From contig CAZMYP010000002.1 of NCBI GenBank assembly GCA_964570535.1, forward strand, positions 3,012-67,011: a DNA stretch of 64,000 nucleotides, given 5' to 3'. Both the position numbers and the translations under genes were made by a program. Positions 30,889 through 41,595 of this stretch are shown here, piece after piece; the stretch's first letter is position 1; each line of letters begins with the position of its first letter. Origin of the DNA: an uncultured Herbinix sp. (GTDB taxonomy: Bacteria; Bacillota; Clostridia; Lachnospirales; Lachnospiraceae). The notes beneath the pieces were generated by a model. That model was not told the DNA's origin. It did not search any database and worked only from the letters and a program-made list of their open reading frames with translations.

Positions 30889-30986
30889 AGAGGAAAATAG
30901 TAAAGAAATAAAAGTGAAGTTAAAGAAAGTTAAAGAAAGATTAAGTATAATAATATATGAGTAAGATAAATAAATGAGGTGTAGTC

Positions 30987-31769
30987 ATGAAACGATACCT
31001 AAGGATATATAGAGAAAGTGTTAAGGTAGCATTTGCAGAGGCATCTACCTATAGGCTGAATTTTATATTAAACTGTACAATTATGCTATTAGGAGACATA
31101 ATATTTCCGTTGATTACGGTGCTAATCTATGGATCCGGAGCAGGGTTTGAGGGATGGACGGTCTACCAGGTCCTACTTATCCAATCGATATTTACTATGT
31201 CCACAGCTATTGCTGATATATCCTTTCATGGAATTATGTGGATTACAATGGATCTAGTGAGACAGGGTAGCTTAGAGATGGTATTAATTCTTCCTGTGGA
31301 TACCATGTTTATATTAATGGCAAGGTCTTTTTCAATTGAAGGTATAGGACTCTTTCTTGGAGGTCTTGGAATATTTATAATATCCCTACTTAATATTTCC
31401 ATGCCGACCGCTCTCATGTGGCTTCAATTTATTTCCTTCTTTGTAATTGGCATATCCGTCATGATGGGAATCGGCCTTATTATGGCAGCTACTACGTTTA
31501 AGTGGGTAGGAAATTCTCGCATCCCTGAAATCTTCGACAGTATAAGAAGCTTTGGTAAGTACCCACAAGGTATATTTCCAAAAGCCATTATTGCCATTAC
31601 CTCTTTTGTAATTCCGGTAGCTATGATTGCGTATTATCCGGCGGAGGCTTTGCTTGGGAGAGGTAATAGCCAAGTATTTTTAATGATTATTCCATGCATT
31701 ATATTTCTACTGTTTGGAATTTATCTATATAGGCATATGGTACGGCTTTATCAGGGTGTGGGAGGATAA
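30987..31769 (+). CDS. ABC-2 family permease (DUF990 type)
   Basis: YR.NF, GW...Q, VR.G.L...L..P, KYP..IF. Confidence 0.88.
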   Translation: MKRYLRIYRESVKVAFAEASTYRLNFILNCTIMLLGDIIFPLITVLIYGSGAGFEGWTVYQVLLIQSIFTMSTAIADISFHGIMWITMDLVRQGSLEMVLILPVDTMFILMARSFSIEGIGLFLGGLGIFIISLLNISMPTALMWLQFISFFVIGISVMMGIGLIMAATTFKWVGNSRIPEIFDSIRSFGKYPQGIFPKAIIAITSFVIPVAMIAYYPAEALLGRGNSQVFLMIIPCIIFLLFGIYLYRHMVRLYQGVGG

Positions 31770-31770
31770 T

Positions 31771-32757
31771 ATGAGTAATATAATTACTGTAGAAAACTTA
31801 ACTAAAAAATACAGCACCTACAAAAGGGGTAGTGGTTTTAAGGAAAGCCTTAAGGCTCTTTTTGTTAGAGAAAAGGTAGCTGTTGTAGCGGTAAATGAAG
31901 TATCCTTTAATGTAAAAGAAGGGGATATTATCGGAATTCTAGGTCCTAACGGAGCTGGTAAATCCACTACTATAAAGATGCTTACGGGAACCCTTTATCC
32001 AACCGAGGGAAGAATCGAGGTAATGGGATATAACCCAACAAAGAACCGGAAGACCTATGTACAACAGATAGGCGCTGTATTTGGGCAGAAATCTCAGCTT
32101 ATTTGGGACATTCCACCTGTGGATAGCTTCAGAATGAATAAGGCGATTTATGGTATATCTGATAAGGATTATAATGAACGACTAAGCACAATGTCCAAAC
32201 TATTCATGGTAGAGGACTTTATTACAAGACCTACAAGAGTTCTATCTCTAGGGGAGAGAATGAAATGTGAATTTATAATGGCTATGTTGCATCAACCTAA
32301 GGTGGTGTTTTTAGATGAACCAACCATAGGGCTTGATGTAATAGCCAAGCATAATATTAGAGATTTTATTCGTGAAATGAACCAAAGGGGAACCACCTTT
32401 ATTCTGACCACACATGATCTAGAGGACGTTGAGCAATTAGCCAGAAATGTAGTGATTATTAATAAGGGAGTTAAGGTTTTTGATGACTCTATACAAAGCC
32501 TTAGAAATGTTTTGGGGGCAAAAAAGCTTGTACAGCTTACTTTACAGGAGGATATTAAAACTTTAGATATACCCGGGGCCGATATTCTTGAAAGGGAGTC
32601 CTTATTAAATATAACAATAAGTGTAGACCTTGATCAGATATCGATTAGTGAATTTATTAATAAAGTATCAAAACAGTGTAGGTTCTCGGACATCTCTATT
32701 AAAGAGATGCCCATGGAAACTATAATTACACATATTTATCAGAGCCAGAATGAATGA
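31771..32757 (+). CDS. ABC transporter ATP-binding protein
   Basis: GPNGAGKST, LSLGERM, FLDEPTIGLD. Confidence 0.95.
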   Translation: MSNIITVENLTKKYSTYKRGSGFKESLKALFVREKVAVVAVNEVSFNVKEGDIIGILGPNGAGKSTTIKMLTGTLYPTEGRIEVMGYNPTKNRKTYVQQIGAVFGQKSQLIWDIPPVDSFRMNKAIYGISDKDYNERLSTMSKLFMVEDFITRPTRVLSLGERMKCEFIMAMLHQPKVVFLDEPTIGLDVIAKHNIRDFIREMNQRGTTFILTTHDLEDVEQLARNVVIINKGVKVFDDSIQSLRNVLGAKKLVQLTLQEDIKTLDIPGADILERESLLNITISVDLDQISISEFINKVSKQCRFSDISIKEMPMETIITHIYQSQNE

Positions 32758-32777
32758 TAGGAAAGCAGAGGGACAAT

Positions 32778-33482
32778 ATGAAGAAAATTGGAATTATTGG
32801 TGCTATGGAGGAAGAGGTTAAGCGACTTAAGGATCATATGGAAGATGTGAATATTAAAAGTATTGCCTCCTTGGATTTTTATGAGGGAACCCTAGAGGGC
32901 TCTCCTGTGGTTGTGGTTAAATGTGGAATAGGCAAGGTTAATGCAGCTATTTGCACTCAGATACTTGTAGATAGATATGGCATAAATCTTGTAATAAACA
33001 CAGGAATTGCCGGATCCTTGCGGACTGAGATTGATATAACGGATATTGTTATTTCCACGGATACCCTACACCATGATATGGATGCAAGCGGTTTTGGCTA
33101 CGACATAGGAGTTATCCCAAGAATGGCACAATCAACATTTCAGGCGGATGAGAAAATGATAGACCTAGCAATAAAAACCTGTAAGGAGCTTCTTCCTTCT
33201 GTTGGAGTCCACCAGGGAAGAGTAGTCAGTGGTGATCAGTTTATATCGGATTCTGATAAGAAGAAGTGGCTGGTCAACACCTTTAATGGTTATTGTACTG
33301 AGATGGAGGGAGCTGCTATAGCACAGGCTGCATATCTAAACAGTATACCATTTCTTATTATTCGCGCCATTTCAGACAAGGCCGATAATAGTGCTGAGAT
33401 GGAATATGCTAAATTTGAAGCGATAGCAATTGATAATACTGTTAAGTTATTAGTAGGATTGATAAAGAATATTATTATATAA
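32778..33482 (+). CDS. mtnN: 5'-methylthioadenosine/S-adenosylhomocysteine nucleosidase
   Basis: IGIIGAMEEE, GIGKVNAA, EMEGAAIAQ, IRAISD.A. Confidence 0.96.
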   Translation: MKKIGIIGAMEEEVKRLKDHMEDVNIKSIASLDFYEGTLEGSPVVVVKCGIGKVNAAICTQILVDRYGINLVINTGIAGSLRTEIDITDIVISTDTLHHDMDASGFGYDIGVIPRMAQSTFQADEKMIDLAIKTCKELLPSVGVHQGRVVSGDQFISDSDKKKWLVNTFNGYCTEMEGAAIAQAAYLNSIPFLIIRAISDKADNSAEMEYAKFEAIAIDNTVKLLVGLIKNIII

Positions 33483-33628
33483 TTATTTATACAATAAGAG
33501 TAATTCCTTGGTTGAAGACAGATAATTAATAATTTACAATTTAATAAAGAGAATACTTGATAAGGAAATCATAACTTATTTATGGGGAGCATATTAGACA
33601 CTACATTTTAATTAAGGGAGGATTAGCT

Positions 33629-34567
33629 ATGGAGCATCAATATAATATCGAAAAGATGATAGGCAATATTGAGAAGTTAATCGTTGGTAAACGAGAGGCT
33701 ATTGAATATACCTTAATTACTCTTTTGGCAGGAGGACATCTTTTATTAGAGGATGTTCCAGGAGTAGGAAAAACGACACTTGCTAAAGCTCTGGCCCAGA
33801 CTATAGACTGTGGACTTACTAGAATACAGTTTACACCAGACACCTTGCCCAGTGACGTGACAGGCTTATCAGTTTATAATATGCAGACAGGAAAATTCGA
33901 ATACTCTAAAGGAGCAATTGTTAACAATATTATTTTGGCTGATGAAATTAATCGCACCTCACCAAAGACACAGGCAAGTCTACTAGAGGCCATGGAGGAA
34001 AAGCAGATTACAGTTGATAGCATTACATATCCCTTATCAAGACCTTTTATGGTAATTGCAACTCAAAACCCTATAGATTATCTAGGAACCTACAATCTTC
34101 CCGAAGCACAGCTGGATCGTTTTATGATAAAAATATCTATTGGCTATCCTAGCGCTTCGGATGAGCAGGTAATGGCAGATAGGTTTCTTAATAAGCAGCT
34201 TTCAGAAGGCTTAAAGCCAGTTGTAGATGGTGAAGCGATAATAGTGATGCAGGAGGAGGTTGCCGAAGTTAAGGTTAATAGAGATCTGATCAGTTTTATC
34301 ACAAAATTTATACAGGCAACAAGAAAGGACGGCAATATTTCACTTGGTGCAAGTCCTAGAGCGACACTTGCTTTAATTCGTGCAGCTCAGGCAAGAGCCT
34401 ATATTTTCGGAAGGACATATTGTATCCCGGATGATATTCTAGAGCTTATTGTGCCTGTTATAGCCCATCGTATTATTTTGTCGCCGGAAGCAAGATTAGC
34501 CCATACAAAGGAAGAAAAAGTATTATCCAATATTATTTCTAAGCTTAAAATACCTGTTTTAAATTAA
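33629..34567 (+). CDS. MoxR family AAA+ ATPase
   Basis: HLLLEDVPGVGKT, RIQFTPD.LPSD, DEINR, ATQNP, LPEAQLDRF, SPRA. Confidence 0.95.
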   Translation: MEHQYNIEKMIGNIEKLIVGKREAIEYTLITLLAGGHLLLEDVPGVGKTTLAKALAQTIDCGLTRIQFTPDTLPSDVTGLSVYNMQTGKFEYSKGAIVNNIILADEINRTSPKTQASLLEAMEEKQITVDSITYPLSRPFMVIATQNPIDYLGTYNLPEAQLDRFMIKISIGYPSASDEQVMADRFLNKQLSEGLKPVVDGEAIIVMQEEVAEVKVNRDLISFITKFIQATRKDGNISLGASPRATLALIRAAQARAYIFGRTYCIPDDILELIVPVIAHRIILSPEARLAHTKEEKVLSNIISKLKIPVLN

Positions 34568-34636
34568 GGCTATTTATTAGCTATAGAGTATTTTTTAGAG
34601 GCATCATAAAAATAATATAGATAAGGACTGGTTAAG

Positions 34637-35830
34637 ATGAAAATTAACCGATTATTATGTGTGGCTTTTATAATTGGAAGTGGAGTTTTTGCCTCATATT
34701 TTGGAGGCAATATATCCTATGCTCTTTTTTATCTATCAATTTTCATACCGATAATAGCCTTTCTTTATACCTGGTATGTATATGCCCAGTTCAAGATATA
34801 TCAATCCCTAGACACTCGTGTGGTTGTAAAAAGAGAGTGGAACAACTATTTCTTTATTATTTCTAATGAGAATTTTATTACCTTTCGTAATGTTAAGGTG
34901 AACTTTCTGTGTGACAAATCTACTATTTTGGAGACAGAGGAAAGTATGGAGTATACTCTTAAGCCAAATGATAAGGCTCGAATGGAGACAAAGATACGTT
35001 GTAATTATCGTGGTGAATATTTTGTCGGTGTAGATTCCATTGAGGTAACAGACTTTTTGTATCTTTTTAGAATTACCTACTCTATTGCTTCAAAGCTGGA
35101 AGCCATTGTACTACCCAGAGTAGTTACCATGGAGCAATTAGGCATAGCTCCATCTCTTGCTGACCCTAAAAATCCCTTTAGCTTTAGCAATACAGTAGAG
35201 GAGGAATTAGATACAGAGGTCCGTAGATATAATCCGGGAGATAATAAGAAGAGAATTCACTGGAAGGCATCAGCTAAGGCTAATGAGCTCCTAAGTAGAA
35301 AATATTATCAGAAGCCCAAGGCTTCTGTAGTATTATTTATGGATCTGGCAAAAATCAAAGAAAGCGAATTAGAGGTTATTATCGTTGAGGATCAAATAAT
35401 TGAAAGCATACTGGCCATATGTAATTATTATGCTTTAAGGGGTACCCCCTCCCAGGTTATTTATGATATGGATGGCATTAAGCAAATAAATATAGACTCC
35501 AAAAGTGATTTTACAGCCTTTTATAAGGCCTGCGCTAATATTAGGTTCCATGGAAAAACACCTATAGATGAGCTGATTGCAGGACGCTTACTTAGGGGAG
35601 ATGACAGTGTATTTTATGTAGTTGCTACCAATAAGATAACAAAAGAGCTTTATCTCTGCGTTCTCAGGGTATTAGCAGAAGGCAATCAACTATGTATACT
35701 ATTTATAAGTGATGACATTTCTGAAACAACAAAGAGGGTAATCAATGATTTGAAGAGGACGGGAGCAGATATATATCAGATTATGCCAAAGGATGAAATT
35801 GAGGATGTCCTTAGCGGTAACACAATATAA
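34637..35830 (+). CDS. DUF58 domain protein
   Basis: N-terminal TM, RGEY, VR.Y.PGD..KRIHWKASA. Confidence 0.92.
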   Translation: MKINRLLCVAFIIGSGVFASYFGGNISYALFYLSIFIPIIAFLYTWYVYAQFKIYQSLDTRVVVKREWNNYFFIISNENFITFRNVKVNFLCDKSTILETEESMEYTLKPNDKARMETKIRCNYRGEYFVGVDSIEVTDFLYLFRITYSIASKLEAIVLPRVVTMEQLGIAPSLADPKNPFSFSNTVEEELDTEVRRYNPGDNKKRIHWKASAKANELLSRKYYQKPKASVVLFMDLAKIKESELEVIIVEDQIIESILAICNYYALRGTPSQVIYDMDGIKQINIDSKSDFTAFYKACANIRFHGKTPIDELIAGRLLRGDDSVFYVVATNKITKELYLCVLRVLAEGNQLCILFISDDISETTKRVINDLKRTGADIYQIMPKDEIEDVLSGNTI

Positions 35831-35863
35831 GTTAAATCAAATATAGGAGGAGGTACATACCAA

Positions 35864-38266
35864 ATGACAAATGAAAATAATAAGAGTTATCAAATTTATA
35901 GTTCATTAATTGGGATGGCCTTAACCTTCGCATTAATTCTATGGGTAAATGAGCATTTCGTTCTTAAGGTGAATTTCCTTGTATGTATTCTATATAGCCT
36001 TGTACCTGCAATATTAATTTATTTATTTGAAAGAAATAAAAAGAATAATATTCGTTATATCATAATTATAGGCTTAACTCCAGTAGTTGGGTTAATTTTA
36101 TTAATTACTAGGATAAATCCAATCAAGTTGTTCACTAGAATTATTGATTGGATTATTATATATGATCGTACAGAACTGGTATATAAACCCTTATATGCAT
36201 ATATTGCTCTTGCTAGTCTAGCCGTATTAGTCAGTATCTTGTTTTATATAATTATCAGTAAAGCAGTAACTAGGCTGTTACTTGGACTAGGAATTGTTGT
36301 GGTGTTTGTGGTATTTAGTGTCTTAAAAATCAATATGGGAAAGATAGTTGTAGGAATCGGTATTTTGTATTTATTGATTATTCTTATTGAATTTACTGGT
36401 ATTCAGTATGGCATAAAGACTGGCAAGAAAGACAATAAAGAAAGCAACCTATATCTATTACCAGTATGTATTTTGCTGTCAATTATAGTAGTGAGCCTTC
36501 CTTCAAAGCCGAAACCTATACAGTGGACTGGAGTCAAATCATTTTATAGCTTAATGAAGAATCGAATTGAAAACCTTATAACTGAGTGGGAATTTTTCAC
36601 TAGCAAGGGGAAGGGTACATTTTCTATATCTCTAAGTGGATATTCTGAGGATAGTAGTCTTGATAATAATGATTTGGTAAGCAGTGATAGGGAAGCTTTG
36701 ATCGTTAGTGGTCGAAGAGGAATATCCCCCTTATACCTTATAGGATCAGTACGTGATATTTATACTGGAGACAGTTGGGATAGGAGTACTGAGGTTTTGT
36801 TTCCGGATGAGAGAGAATATAAGTTAGACTACGGGGAATTGATATATGGATTATCTAGGTTAGATCCTAAGGTGTTGGAGGATTATAGGTTTGTTGAGAC
36901 AGTACCTATAAAGATTACATACAAGAACATAAAGACCAAGTCGTTCTTCTATCCATCAAAAACAAAGTGGCTGGAGTTTAGCAATGTAACTGAAAATGTG
37001 AATAGTCAGCTTGCAAGCATTACCTTTAAAAAAGCAAGGGGTGAAAAAACAGCTTATGATCTTTTGTTTTATGAAATGAACTTACAAGGTCCTGAATTTC
37101 AAGAAATGCTTAGGAGCTCTGATGAGTTTTCTTATGATGATAGTAGGGATATAGACCTTGAAAGAATTAATAGTGCAGAAAAGATGTTTTATGTTAGGGA
37201 TAAGGATACATTCATCTTAGATAGGGAAGATTTTTATAATATATATAAGGAGAGAGCAGAATTTATAAAAAACAGATACACTCAGCTTCCTCAGAATTTA
37301 CCCACAAGGGTTATAGACCTTGCCTATGAAATAACAAAGGATAAGGATACAAGCTATGACAAATTAAAAGCCATAGAGGCATATCTTCTTAACTATTCAT
37401 ATACCTACAAACCGGGTAAAGTACCAGAGGATGCGGATTTTGTTGATTACTTTTTATTTGATAATAAGCAAGGATATTGTACATCCTTTGCAACTGCAAT
37501 GGCAGTGCTTGGTAGAGGTGTTGGAATTCCTACCCGATATGTTGAAGGCTTTGTAGTTGACTATAGTGACAAGGATGACATAGGATATATAGTTAGAAAT
37601 AGGAGTGCACATGCATGGACAGAAGCCTATTTTGAAGGAGTTGGTTGGATTCCATTTGAAGCAACTCCCAGTTATAATGAAGCCCGTTATAGAGAATGGG
37701 CTCCGAAGAGAAGGGCAGAAAGCACCAGCTACAATCCATATGATATGAAGCCAGCAGAGCAGCCACCAGAAGGGCTAATTAACAACAATCAGGGAGATGT
37801 TTTTAAGGAGGATAATTCAGACAAAATCCTAATATCTATAGTGGCTATATTGGTTGCTATTGCTATTTTCTTAATAGTACTAGAATTATATTATCTTATA
37901 TTAAGACTTAAATATAAGAAGAAATTTGAAGGGTCAGATTATAGCATTAAGACTTATAAGATATTCCTACGAATCCTTAATTTATTAAGTTATGAGGGCT
38001 TTTCACTTGGTAATCAGGACACCTTACTGATGCTATCAAGCAGAATTAAGGATAGATATAGCTACAAGCAGGTTATATTTGGTGATGTTGTTAAAATATT
38101 TATGGCATATAGATACGGAGATATTCCAGTCTCAGACAAGGAATATGATAAAGTCAGCCTGTTTTATAAAGGTCTATATGATTCTTACAAAAAAGAAAGA
38201 AAGCCAATAAGGTTACATATAGAAGAGTTTTCATTTCTTATAGGGATCAATAGTCAAAGTAAATAA
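35864..38266 (+). CDS. Membrane transglutaminase-like protein (TgpA-like)
   Basis: Multi-TM N-terminus; GYCTSFATAM, HAWTE, GW.PFEATP. Confidence 0.92.
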   Translation: MTNENNKSYQIYSSLIGMALTFALILWVNEHFVLKVNFLVCILYSLVPAILIYLFERNKKNNIRYIIIIGLTPVVGLILLITRINPIKLFTRIIDWIIIYDRTELVYKPLYAYIALASLAVLVSILFYIIISKAVTRLLLGLGIVVVFVVFSVLKINMGKIVVGIGILYLLIILIEFTGIQYGIKTGKKDNKESNLYLLPVCILLSIIVVSLPSKPKPIQWTGVKSFYSLMKNRIENLITEWEFFTSKGKGTFSISLSGYSEDSSLDNNDLVSSDREALIVSGRRGISPLYLIGSVRDIYTGDSWDRSTEVLFPDEREYKLDYGELIYGLSRLDPKVLEDYRFVETVPIKITYKNIKTKSFFYPSKTKWLEFSNVTENVNSQLASITFKKARGEKTAYDLLFYEMNLQGPEFQEMLRSSDEFSYDDSRDIDLERINSAEKMFYVRDKDTFILDREDFYNIYKERAEFIKNRYTQLPQNLPTRVIDLAYEITKDKDTSYDKLKAIEAYLLNYSYTYKPGKVPEDADFVDYFLFDNKQGYCTSFATAMAVLGRGVGIPTRYVEGFVVDYSDKDDIGYIVRNRSAHAWTEAYFEGVGWIPFEATPSYNEARYREWAPKRRAESTSYNPYDMKPAEQPPEGLINNNQGDVFKEDNSDKILISIVAILVAIAIFLIVLELYYLILRLKYKKKFEGSDYSIKTYKIFLRILNLLSYEGFSLGNQDTLLMLSSRIKDRYSYKQVIFGDVVKIFMAYRYGDIPVSDKEYDKVSLFYKGLYDSYKKERKPIRLHIEEFSFLIGINSQSK

Positions 38267-38279
38267 CTAAGAGTTAAAG

Positions 38280-39239
38280 TTACTTACTAATATTAATTAG
38301 ATTTACACCTGTGTAATAGTGGGATAGGATTTCATTGTATTTGAAGCCCTCCTCAGCCATGGCATTGCAGCCATATTGACTTAGGCCAACTCCATGGCCC
38401 ACACCGGTGCATACGACCCTTGCTTTACCTTCATAATCCTCAATATAAAAATGATTAGAATTCAATCCCAAAACCTTGGCAAACTCTTCTCCTGAGAGGG
38501 AATGAGAGCCAAGGTTTATTGCTGTAACATAGCCGGCACTATCCCTATTAACTATGGACAAATCACTAAAGAAGGTATTTTCAGAAATTTCTTCAGAGGG
38601 GTAGACCTGTTTTAAGATTCCAACTATTACGCTTGGTTCAAATTCAGTGATTCTTAGGTAATGGATGGAGGTTACATCCTGTTTGCTTGATACGCTTACA
38701 AGATAGGGAATATCAACACCCCAGGCCTCTTGTGCATTTCTAGTAAAGCCTGTTCCTGTGCCAAAGAAGACAGGTAGTATTAAATCCTCATCATAGACTA
38801 TTACCTCATCCCTTGTCCCATAGACACAGTTCTCAAGCTTAGTAAAATAGTTTACGTAATTGTCACTGCCCCAGTAGAGCTCCATCTCATCAAGGTCAAT
38901 ATATGATAAGCCCAGCTCTGAGGTTGTAAAATTTTTCTTATTAGGGGTTTCCTCTGAAAGTAAGGTAATATTATAAAGGGCATAGGTTCTTGATATAACA
39001 GCCTGGGCCTTCAGTGCTTCAATATGGTAGCCTGCAGGCATATTGGCAGCTACAACACCAATAAGATATTGATCAAAATCCAGCACCTGCCTAACTCCAT
39101 TTTTCTCGTAATATATATTAAAGTCCATTGTCTCAAGGGAATTATTATTTTCTTTATTTGTAAATATCAGTGTAAGGATAAATGGTAACAGAAGAACAAT
39201 AATACTGACAACCACAAGCTTATAAATAATTTTCTTCAT
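38280..39239 (-). CDS. spoIID: SpoIID/LytB family peptidoglycan lytic protein
   Basis: YL.GVVAA.MP, EALKAQAV.SRTY, GHGVGLSQYG.N.MA, IL.HYY; the usual AEMP reads ANMP. Confidence 0.85.
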   Translation of the reverse strand: MKKIIYKLVVVSIIVLLLPFILTLIFTNKENNNSLETMDFNIYYEKNGVRQVLDFDQYLIGVVAANMPAGYHIEALKAQAVISRTYALYNITLLSEETPNKKNFTTSELGLSYIDLDEMELYWGSDNYVNYFTKLENCVYGTRDEVIVYDEDLILPVFFGTGTGFTRNAQEAWGVDIPYLVSVSSKQDVTSIHYLRITEFEPSVIVGILKQVYPSEEISENTFFSDLSIVNRDSAGYVTAINLGSHSLSGEEFAKVLGLNSNHFYIEDYEGKARVVCTGVGHGVGLSQYGCNAMAEEGFKYNEILSHYYTGVNLINISK

Positions 39240-39298
39240 GTCGCTCCACAATAAAAGTATTGTTATATTATATTAAGCTAGGGGATGTTTATGACAGA

Positions 39299-40564
39299 CT
39301 AATCCACTTTTTGTGGACTTTCTGTAGATAGGCATACAACAATAAAGCCAAAAAAAGATACGATAGTTCCGATTAGAAGCATGCTAGATACACCACTTGT
39401 GTCTAATAGCTTACCCCCGGTTATATAAGCAATAGTTCCGGAGATTCCCAAGGTCGCCATACCAAGCATGGCTTGACCCTTGTTCTTATCCTCTCTGTTA
39501 ATAATAGAATCAACATAATAGACTGAGGCAGGGGTAAACATGGCAAAGGCAAGCATCTGAAAGGCCTGTGAAAAATGTACGGTCATAACATTAGGAGCCA
39601 ACCAGGCAATAGCCGACTTAATGAGAAAGAAAAAGGCAGATATTTTTATAAGGGTGCTAGATTTTACTTTTTTGGTTAAAAAGGCGAAAGAAGCCATCAT
39701 AGGAAGTTCCAGGGCAGCAGCTATAGTTAAGGAAAGTCCCATATCAGCACTGTTACCACCAACGTTTTCAATAATATTTATTAAATAGGTATTAAGAATA
39801 CTATGGGAATAGAAAATCATAGAAATACCTATTAATAGAAGGGTAAATCTTTTGTATTTTGTAAAAAAGCCTAGGATACTGGCGGGGGTAGCTTCTATGG
39901 CATCTAAAGAAAGGCCTATATCCTTGTTGGGCTCATCTGTAGAGAGAGTATTATTTAGAGAAGAGATGTTTTCTACAGCTAACGGGGATTCCTTATGATG
40001 CTTCTTAACTCTATATAGGTAAGTAGCTAGTAGTAAAAATATATAGCTTATAAGGAAAAGAGGCAATATAATGCCGGGATTAAACCTATTAACAGCAAGA
40101 CCTATCAGTAAGGAGGTAACTGCAAATGCCATTGAGGCAGTTCCCCTTGCCAAACCAAAATTAAAGGGATAACCATTATTTTGATACTCTAGTGCAAAAG
40201 AATTTAAGAGAGGAATCAAGGTAAACTGGATTGCAATGATTACAACGAAGATCCCTCCCATAAGTATAAAGGAATTGTTCCATATATTAATAAAAATTGT
40301 AAAGGCAAATACAATAGCCATTAGGGCTAGTATTATGTACCGGACCGTCTTTTTCTTTGATTTATCAGCAAATGCAGAGACTAGGGGTTGAATTATAATC
40401 GATAAAATTGCAGACAGTGATAAAACTATACCAATATGTGTATTGTTGAAATTTTTATACTGTAGAAATACAGCAGCAAAGCTATAGATAATACACTGAC
40501 TAATCCAATAAGTGCTTTGTAAAAATGCATATTTGATAGTTAACTGTCTTGATGTCTTCTTCAT
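39299..40564 (-). CDS. MFS transporter (LacY/MFS_1-like)
   Basis: About 12 TM; FG..RG..S, A.LE.P motifs. Confidence 0.88.
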   Translation of the reverse strand: MKKTSRQLTIKYAFLQSTYWISQCIIYSFAAVFLQYKNFNNTHIGIVLSLSAILSIIIQPLVSAFADKSKKKTVRYIILALMAIVFAFTIFINIWNNSFILMGGIFVVIIAIQFTLIPLLNSFALEYQNNGYPFNFGLARGTASMAFAVTSLLIGLAVNRFNPGIILPLFLISYIFLLLATYLYRVKKHHKESPLAVENISSLNNTLSTDEPNKDIGLSLDAIEATPASILGFFTKYKRFTLLLIGISMIFYSHSILNTYLINIIENVGGNSADMGLSLTIAAALELPMMASFAFLTKKVKSSTLIKISAFFFLIKSAIAWLAPNVMTVHFSQAFQMLAFAMFTPASVYYVDSIINREDKNKGQAMLGMATLGISGTIAYITGGKLLDTSGVSSMLLIGTIVSFFGFIVVCLSTESPQKVD

Positions 40565-40776
40565 GTACCCTCCAGTAGAGTATTGAGATAATATGTACAG
40601 TTTATCACATAATGTACTGAAATGTAAGCATATTCTACTTTAAAAACATCATTTATTAAAGGTAGTTGGAAAGGACATCCTGTCACTTTTAGCCTCTTAA
40701 ATAATATCATTATCATATGACGGATTTGAAAGTCTCCCCTTCGGGCTTTTGTGAATCATATAACAAGGTTTTAATC

Positions 40777-41058
40777 CTATCGCTTAATATGAATGGCTCT
40801 AAATATAATTCTATCATTTTCACAGGTGGCTTCTCGAAAGACATTAATTAATGAATTACCATAATCACCCAAGGAAGCTTCCATATACTGAGTGTTATAC
40901 ATTAATATATTTAATTCATCACTCCAAGTGCTAAGTAAATCCCATAGAGCATCAAGGTTCTCACCATAATGATTAGGAAGAGATAGCTTTCTCTTAAGAT
41001 ATAAATGTGCTATCCTTTTATTGGTCATTTTCTTGCCGTTTAGTAGAATTGTCTTCAT
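40777..41058 (-). CDS. Barstar family ribonuclease inhibitor
   Basis: H.YL...L.LP.HYGENLDALWDLL. Confidence 0.93.
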   Translation of the reverse strand: MKTILLNGKKMTNKRIAHLYLKRKLSLPNHYGENLDALWDLLSTWSDELNILMYNTQYMEASLGDYGNSLINVFREATCENDRIIFRAIHIKR

Positions 41059-41069
41059 AAGTTATCCTC

Positions 41070-41567
41070 CTAATATAGTTGATCAAAAGAATTGTAATGA
41101 TCATCAGTATAAAATATTAAGCCGTCATTGGAAAAAACAATTCTTTCCCCGCCTCTAAAACCACCATTATAATTAACATCACATTCATAATAAATTCTAC
41201 CGGTTTCCTTAGGTAACAAGCCCTCTCTATTGCCGAATTTATCCCCGCCAATACTTTTGTTATCAGTTACCTCCCAGAGGTTTCCCTCGCTACTTACCCA
41301 GCCTAAATCACGGGCTTCATTCTTTGTTATATAATTAGAAGGAAGCTTCTGAAAGGTATTAAGGTATAAAGCTACATCCTCAGTAGAAGTGTACTCACCA
41401 TCCTCATCAATCAGAGATATACTATCTTCAGGTGAAGTCTCAGCCTCATTAGGAGAGGTGATTTCAGGATCAGTAATATCTATAGATTGGTCTGGCTGTA
41501 AAAGCTGTGAGCATCCAGTAAAAATAAAAACCAGGATTAATAGTAAAAGAATAAGTTTTTTCTTCAT
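41070..41567 (-). CDS. Barnase-like guanyl ribonuclease lipoprotein
   Basis: Lipobox FTGC; LPSNYITK.EA..LGW, SIGGD.F.NREG.LP, YECD.NY, RI, TDDHY (catalytic Glu and His kept); start at ATG 41567. Confidence 0.92.
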   Translation of the reverse strand: MKKKLILLLLILVFIFTGCSQLLQPDQSIDITDPEITSPNEAETSPEDSISLIDEDGEYTSTEDVALYLNTFQKLPSNYITKNEARDLGWVSSEGNLWEVTDNKSIGGDKFGNREGLLPKETGRIYYECDVNYNGGFRGGERIVFSNDGLIFYTDDHYNSFDQLY

Positions 41568-41595
41568 GGATAATTGTCTCCTAATAGTTAAGTAT

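Noticed and set aside
30895-30960. gttaaagaaa-type short repeats between the permease genes
   Set aside because: Low-complexity A-rich sequence with about two imperfect copies; no structure.
33629-38266. MoxR-DUF58-transglutaminase as a novel system
   Set aside because: A widespread, already described gene triad; nothing unusual seen here.
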